Origin: Candidatus Eiseniibacteriota bacterium
GTDB lineage: Bacteria > Eisenbacteria > RBG-16-71-46 > SZUA-252
Direction: 5' to 3'
Length of the DNA stretch: 64,000 nt
Assembly (NCBI GenBank): GCA_036380835.1
Contig: DASVDZ010000069.1
Span: 49,094-113,093 of the forward strand
Part shown: positions 1 to 7,451 of the stretch, one piece after another
Layout: the number at the start of each line of letters is the position of its first letter
How positions within the stretch are numbered: the first letter of the stretch is position 1
Made by a program: the position numbers and the translations under genes
The notes under the pieces: generated by a model
Databases searched by the model: none
The model's input: the letters and a program-made list of their open reading frames with translations, nothing else
What the model was told of the DNA's origin: nothing

Positions 1-673
1 CGGGAAGGCGCGCCCCGGTGGAGGCGAGCTCGAGGATCTCCGCGGGATCGAAGTGGGGAAAGACGACCAAAGCGCCCGCGTCGGGGATCCGCTCGAGCGC
101 GAGATCCAGGGCGTCGGGCCCGACGCGATAGACCTTGGCATGCTTCCTGTATTCCGCGACCACGGCGTTCAGCACGCGGTTTCGCTCGGCGAAGTCGCCG
201 GGCGCGCAGAGCGTGACGGCCTCCAGTCCCTGGGTCAGCACGTACGCGAGGATCTCCCGGCGCGCCAGCATCGCGCGCGCATGCGCCACCTGCTCCGGGC
301 AGCGCTCGAGCCCCGGGACGCGATCGAGCGCCTCGAGGAGCGACGCGCCGTCGATTCCGGCGAGCGCGTGATTCCACGTGAGGAGACGGACCGAGGGCTC
401 CTCGTACCGGACCACCTGCACCGCGAGGTGGGGGAGCCCCGCCGCTTCCGCCGCGGCCGTCCGATTGGCCCCGTCGAGCACGACGTAGCGTTCGAGGCCC
501 GGCGCCCGGAGCGGCGCCACGATCGGCGGATTCCGGAGCACGCCCTGGGCCTGGATCCGTTTCGTCAGTGGTCCGGTGCGGTGCTCGTCGTGGTGCTCGT
601 GGGGCACCAGGGAGGCGACGGGGACGATGCGGAGATCGGGGAGCGAGAAGCTCCGGGTCGGCATGTCGGTCAT
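1..673 (-). CDS. ParB/Srx-fold (ParB-like nuclease domain) protein, C-terminus beyond left window edge
   Basis: Absent from the ORF track because it is open at the edge. My minus-strand translation from ATG 673-671 reads MTDMPTRSFSLPDLRIVPVASLVPHEHHDEHRTGPLTKRIQAQGVLRNPPIVAPL..RYVVLDGANRTAAAEAAGLPHLAVQVVRYE. This fits the HE..D..R / NPPIV / DG.NR pattern of ParB/sulfiredoxin-fold proteins. The + ORF 53..688 is Arg-rich antisense noise. GTG at 691 is an alternative start. Confidence 0.6.
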   Translation of the reverse strand, partial: MTDMPTRSFSLPDLRIVPVASLVPHEHHDEHRTGPLTKRIQAQGVLRNPPIVAPLRAPGLERYVVLDGANRTAAAEAAGLPHLAVQVVRYEEPSVRLLTWNHALAGIDGASLLEALDRVPGLERCPEQVAHARAMLARREILAYVLTQGLEAVTLCAPGDFAERNRVLNAVVAEYRKHAKVYRVGPDALDLALERIPDAGALVVFPHFDPAEILELASTGARLP

Positions 674-1184
674 GGGCGCGTACTGTAGCACGCGGGACCG
701 CGCGCCCAGGACCGGCGGAAATAGAAGGGCCCGCGCCACCCCTCGCAACGCGGGCCTCGAACTGAGTTAGGGGCAGGGACGCGGGTTACCCGCTCGGTCG
801 TGTCCGGGAAGGTCTCGAGCCTCGATGGTCCAGAGCTACCGTCTCATCCTGGTCGGCGATGCCGTCCGGGTTTCGACGATCCAGACGCTGTCGCTAGGTT
901 CGGTTGCTTCTCGCCTCACGCTGGCTTCGCGTCGGACCCCTCACTTGCCTTTCGACGGGGTTTGGGATGCGTCGCCGTCCGCGAGCTTTGGTCCCGAGCC
1001 CGCTGCCCGATCTGCTCGGATCGCAAGCAGCGTGCCTGCCGGCCCGCGAGACGCCGCTTGCGCGGAACCCCTGGTACGGCGCAACTTGGAGGCGATGGCC
1101 GCGCCACCGCCGGCGGAGAGGCGCGCCGCCGACTGACAGGCTGACAGCACGGACGGCCGGTTATGGCAGGACCCGGGAGGGGCC

Positions 1185-2102
1185 GTGGCCCGACGCGCGG
1201 AGAACGAGAATCTGACGATCGCCCGGCGGCTCGAGGAGGTCGCCCGGCTCCTCGAGGAGCAGGGGGCGAACCCGTTCCGCATCCAGGCGTATCGACGCGG
1301 AGCCGAGACGGTGCGCCGTCTCGACCGCCCGGTCTCGGAGATCCTGGAGCGCGAGGGGATCGAAGGGCTCCGCCGCCTCGCCGCCATCGGCGACAGCCTG
1401 AGTCGCGCCATCCGCGACCTGATCCGCCACGGCCGGCTCCCGATGCTCGAGCGCCTTCGCGGCGAGAGCGACCCGGTCGAGCTGCTCGGCACGGTGCCGG
1501 GAATCGGCCCCGTCACGGCGGAGCGGCTGCACCACGACCTCGGCATCGACACGCTGGAGGAGCTCGAGGCCGCCGCGCACGACGGGCGTCTCCGCGACGT
1601 CGCGGGGCTCGGCGAGAAGCGGATCGCCGGGATCGTCGATTCGCTGGCGTCGCGATTGACGCGCGTGCGGCGGCGCGGCGAGCCCGGAGGCTTCCCGCGG
1701 GCCCTCTCCGACGCTCCGTCCGCGACCGCCGCCGACGGGGACCACGAAGAGCCGCCGGTGGCGGAGATCCTCGACGTCGACCGCGAGTACCGCGAGCGCG
1801 CCGCCGCGGGGACGCTGCGGAAGATCGCGCCGCGGCGCCTCAATCCGGAAGGGGAGGCGTGGCTCCCGATCCTCCACGCCGAGCGCGGCGACCGCCACTA
1901 CACGGTCCTCTACTCGAACACCGCGCGCGCCCATCGCTTGGGGAAGACGCGCGACTGGGTGGTGCTCTTCTACGACGGCGAGGGTCGCGGCGCGGAGCGG
2001 CAATGCACCGTCATCACGAGCGACTTCGGGCCGCTCCGCGGCCGCCGCATCGTCCGCGGCCGCGAGGACGAGTGCCTCGCCCACTACGGGATCGCGCCCT
2101 AG
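1185..2102 (+). CDS. Helix-hairpin-helix DNA-binding protein resembling the N-terminal (8 kDa + fingers) part of family X DNA polymerases, no palm/PHP domain
   Basis: Track ORF of 305 aa. GTG start preceded by GGGAGGGG. Motifs NPFRIQAYRRGAETV, GTVPGIGPVTAERL and AGLGEKRIAGI. The C-terminal ~110 aa are unrecognised. Confidence 0.6.
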   Translation: MARRAENENLTIARRLEEVARLLEEQGANPFRIQAYRRGAETVRRLDRPVSEILEREGIEGLRRLAAIGDSLSRAIRDLIRHGRLPMLERLRGESDPVELLGTVPGIGPVTAERLHHDLGIDTLEELEAAAHDGRLRDVAGLGEKRIAGIVDSLASRLTRVRRRGEPGGFPRALSDAPSATAADGDHEEPPVAEILDVDREYRERAAAGTLRKIAPRRLNPEGEAWLPILHAERGDRHYTVLYSNTARAHRLGKTRDWVVLFYDGEGRGAERQCTVITSDFGPLRGRRIVRGREDECLAHYGIAP

Positions 2103-3775
2103 AAGCGCGATGCCGTGAGCGTCACGTCCGACTTCGCCCAGATCCTCTTGAACCGCGCCTCGGCCTCGGCCGACGCCCTCGCGTCGTTCATCGCCTTCGC
2201 GGCCTGCGCGAGCCCGTAGAGCGACCAGCCGTTGTCCGCGAACTGCTTCAGGTCGGCGCGGTAGACGTCGACGGCTTCCTTTGCCCGGCCCGCCTGGAGG
2301 AGCACCGCGCCGAGCGCGTGGCGGGGCTCCCCGCACCAGGGCGGCGGCTCGTCGTAGCGTAGCGCGTCGCCCGACGCCACCGCCTTCGTGAGCTTCGCGA
2401 CCGCCTCGTCGGTCTTCCCGCTCCGGGCCGCGATCTCGCCGTCCAGGAGCTGCGAGGCCACCGTCAGGATCGACTGGGCCGAGTTGTTGCCGAACACCAG
2501 GTCGGGGGGGATCGTCTCCGTGATCGCGGCGACGCTGTCCCGCTCGACGGCGCCCTGGTCGGGCTTCCCCGTCGCCGCGAGCGCCATGCCGCGCGCGTAG
2601 TGCCACATCGCCGCCGTGATCCGCATGTCGGGTGGCGGCGCCTCCATCGCGAGGATCTCGTCCCACCTGCCGAACCGGACCGGCGTGAAGTAGTCGACCG
2701 AGCGGAACCCCTCGAGCGGCGGCGCCTGGCGCACCAATTCCCACGGCACCGCGGCGTCCATCTGCCGCGCCGCGTCCTTCGCCAGGGCGGCGCGTCCCGT
2801 GGAGCAGAGCGCCGACCAGCGCATGTGGATGTTATGCGGGTGGTACATCATCGTGTACATGGTCTGGGGATGCCACGCGTCCATGTACCTGTGGTCGGCG
2901 CCCACCGCGGCGTCGTTGGTCGTGATCGCGTCCTCGTACCGGCCGACCCGAAGGTAGATGTGCGAGGGCATGTGGAGGAGGTGTCCCGCCTCCGGGGCGA
3001 TCTTTCGCAGCCGGTCGGCGTAGCCCTCCGCCCGCTCCGGGTGGGGCGACGCCTCCACCGCGTGGATGTAGAAGTGGATCGCGCCGATCGAGTTGGGGGA
3101 GCGCTTCAGAACCCCCTCGAGGATGGAGACCATCTCGTTCACGCCCGGCTTGGGCGAGCCGTCGGTCTCGTAGAGGTCCCACGGCCGGAGCAGCATCAGC
3201 GACTCCGCGCAGAGGATCGCCGCGTCGTCGTCCTTCGGGTACTTCTTCATCAGCGCGCGCATCGCGTCGGCGTAGGCGCTGTCCCGCGGCGCGCGGTCGG
3301 CTCCCGCCGGATCGGCGAACCGGACGGCGAGCGTCGCGACGTAGTCGCGGTCGGCTTCGTTCGCCTTCGGCGCCGCCGCCCGCGCCTTCCGGAGCGCGTC
3401 GAGCGCCTGCGTCTCGGCGTCGGCGCTCATCGGGACGTTGATGTTCGGTCCGAGCGACATCGCGACGCCCCACCACGCCATCGCCATGTCGGGATCGAGC
3501 CGCGCGGCTTCCCTGAAGGACCGGGCGGCCTCGTCGTCGTTGAAGGCGTAGTAGAGCCCGAGCCCCTGGTCGAACATCTTCTGCGCCGCCGCCGACTTCG
3601 TCGCGACCGGATGGTGGACCGAGCCGAAGTTGTGGAACATCGGGACCCCGGGGGGCGTCGGCTGGCCGCCGCCCATCGCCTCGTGTTGGGCCGCCGCCGG
3701 CGGGGCGACCGGCGCCAGGGCGAACGCGCCGAACGCCAAGAGCCACGCGGGGATCGAACGAAACGCACGCTTCAT
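2099..3775 (-). CDS. Secreted TPR-like helical repeat protein
   Basis: Track ORF 2099..4075. I start at ATG 3775 (MKRAFRSIPAWLLAFGAFALAPVAPPAAAQ, a signal peptide) with GGGAGG 8 nt upstream. The upstream part of the ORF is Arg/Pro-rich. Confidence 0.7.
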   Translation of the reverse strand: MKRAFRSIPAWLLAFGAFALAPVAPPAAAQHEAMGGGQPTPPGVPMFHNFGSVHHPVATKSAAAQKMFDQGLGLYYAFNDDEAARSFREAARLDPDMAMAWWGVAMSLGPNINVPMSADAETQALDALRKARAAAPKANEADRDYVATLAVRFADPAGADRAPRDSAYADAMRALMKKYPKDDDAAILCAESLMLLRPWDLYETDGSPKPGVNEMVSILEGVLKRSPNSIGAIHFYIHAVEASPHPERAEGYADRLRKIAPEAGHLLHMPSHIYLRVGRYEDAITTNDAAVGADHRYMDAWHPQTMYTMMYHPHNIHMRWSALCSTGRAALAKDAARQMDAAVPWELVRQAPPLEGFRSVDYFTPVRFGRWDEILAMEAPPPDMRITAAMWHYARGMALAATGKPDQGAVERDSVAAITETIPPDLVFGNNSAQSILTVASQLLDGEIAARSGKTDEAVAKLTKAVASGDALRYDEPPPWCGEPRHALGAVLLQAGRAKEAVDVYRADLKQFADNGWSLYGLAQAAKAMNDARASAEAEARFKRIWAKSDVTLTASRF

Positions 3776-3899
3776 CGTTGGAGCCTCCCTCGAGTTCGGT
3801 TCGGTGGGGTGTGCGAGATTCGCGGAGCCTATCAAGAATCCCGCCGCTTCGGTATAGTCAGCCGGCCGTGAACGCCCATCCCCAGAACATCGACCGGCC

Positions 3900-4820
3900 A
3901 TGTCCCTAGCGCGGAACTTCATCACGTGGCTCGCGGCCCGGCGCGCCTTCACCCGGACGCTCGCCGGGACCGGCATGCGCCTCGGGTTCGCCCGCCGATT
4001 CATCGCGGGCGAGACGCTCGAGGACGCCCTCGGGTCGGCCGTCGACCTGAACGCCCGCGGCCTCCTCGTCGTCATGAATCACCTCGGCGAGAACATCCGG
4101 GACGGGAAGGACGCCGAGGAATCCTACGGCTCGTATACCGAGATCCTCCGCCAGCTCTCCCAGAGGAAGATCGACGGCGCGATCACGATCAAGCCGACGC
4201 AGCTCGCGCTCGAGCTCGACTTCGATCTCTGCAAGCGGCTGACGCTCCGCCTCGTGGAGGAGGCGGCGTCGCTCGGGAGAATGGTCGAGATCGACATGGA
4301 GCACTCGAGCGCCACGGAGGCCACCGTCTCCCTCTACGAGCACGTCCGGGCGAGCCACGAGAACGTCGGGCTGGCGGTGCAGTCCTATCTCTTCCGAACC
4401 GCGGCGGACCTCGCGCGCCTCGAGCGCTGGAAGCCGAAGATCCGGCTCGTCAAGGGCGCCTACCTCGAGCCGCACGACATCGCGTTCGCCGAGAAGCGCC
4501 AGGTGGACGAGAACTACGTCGCGCTGATGCGGATCCTCTTCGCGGGGAGCTTCTTCCCCGCCATCGGAACGCACGACGAGGCGCTCCTCGCGCGGGCGAA
4601 GGAGCTGGCGCGGGAGCACGGACGCGGACCGGACGACTGGGAGGTGCAGATGCTCTACGGCGTGCGGCGCGACCTCCAGGAGTCCCTGGTCCGCGAGGGC
4701 TACCGGATGCGCGTCTACGTCACGTTCGGCACCGAGTGGGTGCCGTACTTCATGCGGCGTCTCGCGGAGCGCCCGGCGAACGTCGGGTTCGTCCTCCGGA
4801 GCATCCTGAAGGGCCGCTGA
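3900..4820 (+). CDS. Monofunctional proline dehydrogenase
   Basis: 306 aa. The whole length reads like the PutA-type PRODH barrel (VMNHLGE, ITIKPTQL, VEIDMEHS, GLAVQSYL, IRLVKGAY, PAIGTHD, EVQMLYGV). Confidence 0.85.
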   Translation: MSLARNFITWLAARRAFTRTLAGTGMRLGFARRFIAGETLEDALGSAVDLNARGLLVVMNHLGENIRDGKDAEESYGSYTEILRQLSQRKIDGAITIKPTQLALELDFDLCKRLTLRLVEEAASLGRMVEIDMEHSSATEATVSLYEHVRASHENVGLAVQSYLFRTAADLARLERWKPKIRLVKGAYLEPHDIAFAEKRQVDENYVALMRILFAGSFFPAIGTHDEALLARAKELAREHGRGPDDWEVQMLYGVRRDLQESLVREGYRMRVYVTFGTEWVPYFMRRLAERPANVGFVLRSILKGR

Positions 4821-4841
4821 GCGGACGGATCCGGCGTCCGG

Positions 4842-5486
4842 TCACGGCGCTCCGAACTCCCGCTCGACCCGCGACCGGAGATCGCCGAGGCTCGCGACCG
4901 CCACGTCGGCCGGGCCCGGCCGCGCGTGGGGCCGCTCCACGAAGACGCTCGTGAGGCCGAGCCCGCGGGCCGTCGCGAGGTCGTAGTCGCCGTACGCGGA
5001 GACGTGCCACCAGTGCGGGCCCGGCGCCACGCCGAGCCGCGCCGATGCCGCGCGCCAGACCTCGGGGTCGGGCTTGTAGCGGCGAATCTCCTCGGCGCAG
5101 ATCCAGTCGCTCATCCGGAATCCGAGGGCGCGCTCCACCTGGACGCCGTGCGCGCGATCGCTGTTGGTCGTGGCGACGCACGGGGCGACGGTCATCAGGC
5201 CCCGCAACGCCGCGGCGGAATCGGGATAGAGGGGCCAGCGGCCGGCGTCGTCGCCGATCGCGCGCGCCGCCGCCGGCTCCATCCCGAGCACGCGGACGAG
5301 GCTCTCGGCCACGATCTCGGCGTAGAGGCGGAACGGCCCCCCCTCGATCGCCCCCTGCGCGTCGATCACGCGGTCGAACGCCGCGTCGTCGAACGGCACG
5401 CCGCGCGCGCGTACCGCTTCGGCGAGGCCCCGTCGCCAGTCGAGCACGGTGCCGAAGATGTCGAACGTGAAGAGCGTCGGTCGCAT
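4842..5486 (-). CDS. HAD-superfamily hydrolase, L-2-haloacid dehalogenase-like
   Basis: 214 aa. N-terminal FDIFGTVLDW is the D-x-Y/F-G-T type HAD motif I. TNSD and DY motifs lie further on. Confidence 0.8.
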   Translation of the reverse strand: MRPTLFTFDIFGTVLDWRRGLAEAVRARGVPFDDAAFDRVIDAQGAIEGGPFRLYAEIVAESLVRVLGMEPAAARAIGDDAGRWPLYPDSAAALRGLMTVAPCVATTNSDRAHGVQVERALGFRMSDWICAEEIRRYKPDPEVWRAASARLGVAPGPHWWHVSAYGDYDLATARGLGLTSVFVERPHARPGPADVAVASLGDLRSRVEREFGAP

Positions 5487-5553
5487 CGGGCTTGAGTCTG
5501 CCAGGGGAAGGGAGGAAATTCATCCCCTGGGGTTCATCGCGAGAGGGGGAACG

Positions 5554-6024
5554 ATGACGGAATCCAAGCGAATCGCCGACCAGCACCGACGCGCGTTCGA
5601 CGGGGAGGCATGGCACGGACCCGCGCTGTTCGAGCTCCTGGGGGACCTGGACGCGGCGCGCGCCTCGGCGCGGCCGATCGCCGGCGGTCACACGATCTGG
5701 GAGATCGTGCTCCACGTCGAGGCCTGGGAAGAGGCGGTCCACCAGCGCCTCAAGGGCCGGCCGATCGAGCTGACGCCGGACCTCGATTGGCCCGCGGTGG
5801 GGGAGACCGGCCCCGCCGCATGGACCCGCGCGCTGGCCTCGCTCCGCGCCACGCACGACGCGCTCAATCGGGACATCGCCGCGACGCGCGACGCGCGCCT
5901 CGCGGAAGTGGCTCCCGGAAGGGAATACACGCTCTACCACCTCCTCCATGGGGCGGTGCAGCACGCGCTCTACCACGCGGGGCAGATCGCGATCTTGAAG
6001 AAGGGATCCTCCACGGCGCCCTAG
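5554..6024 (+). CDS. DinB-family (four-helix bundle, metal-dependent) protein
   Basis: Track ORF 5449..6024. I start at ATG 5554 after GAGAGGGGGA. Contains WHG, IWEIVLHV and LYHAGQIAILKK, the DinB His triad pattern. Confidence 0.8.
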   Translation: MTESKRIADQHRRAFDGEAWHGPALFELLGDLDAARASARPIAGGHTIWEIVLHVEAWEEAVHQRLKGRPIELTPDLDWPAVGETGPAAWTRALASLRATHDALNRDIAATRDARLAEVAPGREYTLYHLLHGAVQHALYHAGQIAILKKGSSTAP

Positions 6025-6100
6025 CCGGTCGAGGCGGCGCCGTTTCGGTGTTATGCTCGAGGGGCCCCGGAACCGATCACCCATGTCGAGGTGCGCTCGA

Positions 6101-6844
6101 ATGAACCGCTTCGTCTTCGCCTTCGCAGCCGCCCTGCTCCTCCCGCCCGCCGCCGCGGGGGCCGGGGTCTCCTCCGCCACCATGGCCGCGACCGACTCGA
6201 CGCGCCCGCCCTCGCGCTACGCCAAGCCCGACTCGGCGCTCATGGCGTCGCTCGGGAGGGGGGGGTACCTCCTCGTCTTCCGCCACGGCAAGACCGACTG
6301 GGCGCAGCGCGACACCGATCTCATGAACCTGGCCAATCGCGACACGCAGCGGAACCTGAGCGACGTCGGGAGGCGGGAGATGGAGGAGGTCGGGAAGGCG
6401 ATCGCCGCGCTCGGCCTCCCGATCGGAGCCGTGGCGTCGAGTCCGCTCTGGCGCTGCCGCGACACCGCGACGCTCGCGTTCGGGCACTGCGACACGACCA
6501 GCGCCCTCTTCCTGCGCGGACCCGAGTATCGAACGGTCCGCGTGACGATGCTCTCGACGCCGCCGCCGCCCGGGAAGGACGACGTGATCGTCACCCAGCA
6601 GGATCTCGTCATGCCGATCCTCGGCATCCTGCGGGATGAGCTGGGCGAGGGAGAGGCGCTCATCATCCTGCCTCATGGCGACGGCAAGTTCGACGTCGCG
6701 GCGCAGATCGCGCCCGAGGATTGGCTCCGGTTCGCCGCGGCCGCCCGGTCCAAGCCGGCGGCGGTCAAGGCGGCACCAGGGTCCAAGGCGGCGCCTGCGG
6801 GCAAGGCGAAGACCAAGCGCCCGGCGACGACCAAGACCAAGTAG
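6101..6844 (+). CDS. Histidine-phosphatase-superfamily protein with signal peptide and Lys/Ala/Pro-rich basic tail
   Basis: Track ORF 6053..6844, started at ATG 6101 (MNRFVFAFAAALLLPPAAAGAG). LLVFRHGKTDW is the RHG motif. The tail is KPAAVKAAPGSKAAPAGKAKTKRPATTKTK. Confidence 0.7.
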   Translation: MNRFVFAFAAALLLPPAAAGAGVSSATMAATDSTRPPSRYAKPDSALMASLGRGGYLLVFRHGKTDWAQRDTDLMNLANRDTQRNLSDVGRREMEEVGKAIAALGLPIGAVASSPLWRCRDTATLAFGHCDTTSALFLRGPEYRTVRVTMLSTPPPPGKDDVIVTQQDLVMPILGILRDELGEGEALIILPHGDGKFDVAAQIAPEDWLRFAAAARSKPAAVKAAPGSKAAPAGKAKTKRPATTKTK

Positions 6845-6971
6845 CGCCCCGGCGTTCGACGGCAACCCGTTGCCGATCAATATATTGCCGCCCCACCCAT
6901 GCCGCCCACGGGCGCCCGCTCCACGGCCGAACCCCTAAACAATCCGTCCCGTCGGGCCGATCTCTGAGCGC

Positions 6972-7451
6972 ATGACCGTAGACGAGCAGATCGCCCGACT
7001 CGACGCGCTGGAGGCCGAGGGCGCGCCGCTCCTCCGTATCCTCGAGGCGGCCGTCCGCGGCCTCCACGATAGCGACGCGCGCTTTCACTGGACCGGCGTC
7101 TACGAGCTGTTCGACGACGGCGTCCTCCGGCTCGGTCCGTTCGTCGGCGCGCCCACCGACCACGTCTTCATCGGCGTCGGAAACGGCGTCTGCGGCACGG
7201 CCGTCGCCGAGCGGCGGAACATGAACGTCCCGGACGTCCGGGAGATCACCAACTACCTCGCCTGCAGCACCGAGACCCGCTCGGAGCTCGTCGTCCTGAT
7301 CCGGAAGGGCGAGACGATCTACGGGCAGATCGACATCGACAGCCACCAGGTGGCGGCGTTCGACCCGAAGGCGGTCGCGGCCGTCGAACGGATCGCCGAT
7401 CGCCTGGCGCGCGCCTACGCGGCGTCCGCCTTGCCGCGGCGGCGGAAGTGA
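6972..7451 (+). CDS. Stand-alone GAF domain protein (free methionine-R-sulfoxide reductase-like)
   Basis: 159 aa. GVCGTAV, YLACS.ETRSELVVLI and GQIDIDS are typical of the fRMsr/YebR GAF family. Its stop overlaps the next start (GTGA). Confidence 0.8.
   Translation: MTVDEQIARLDALEAEGAPLLRILEAAVRGLHDSDARFHWTGVYELFDDGVLRLGPFVGAPTDHVFIGVGNGVCGTAVAERRNMNVPDVREITNYLACSTETRSELVVLIRKGETIYGQIDIDSHQVAAFDPKAVAAVERIADRLARAYAASALPRRRK

Noticed and set aside
825-1136. 103-aa ORF starting MVQSYRLILVGDAVRVSTIQ…, which briefly looks protein-like
   Set aside because: G/C third-position bias is lost after about 25 codons. The rest is Ser/Pro/Ala/Arg-rich with many T-ending codons, and there is no RBS. It is at best a decayed remnant.
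692-1184. Possible RNase P RNA, tmRNA or SRP RNA in the long spacer
   Set aside because: I looked on both strands for the hallmarks of each RNA. These were GGAAAGUCCGG / ACAGAACCCGGCUUA (RNase P), a GGGG…UUCGACGGGG 5' end with a T-arm-CCA 3' end and an alanine-terminated tag ORF (tmRNA), and GGUCC-GGAA-GGAAGCAGCC (SRP). Only partial look-alikes were present (tttcgacgggg at ~948, gtccgggaagg at ~801, gaaacccggac on the minus strand). None had the partner elements, so no RNA family call is made.
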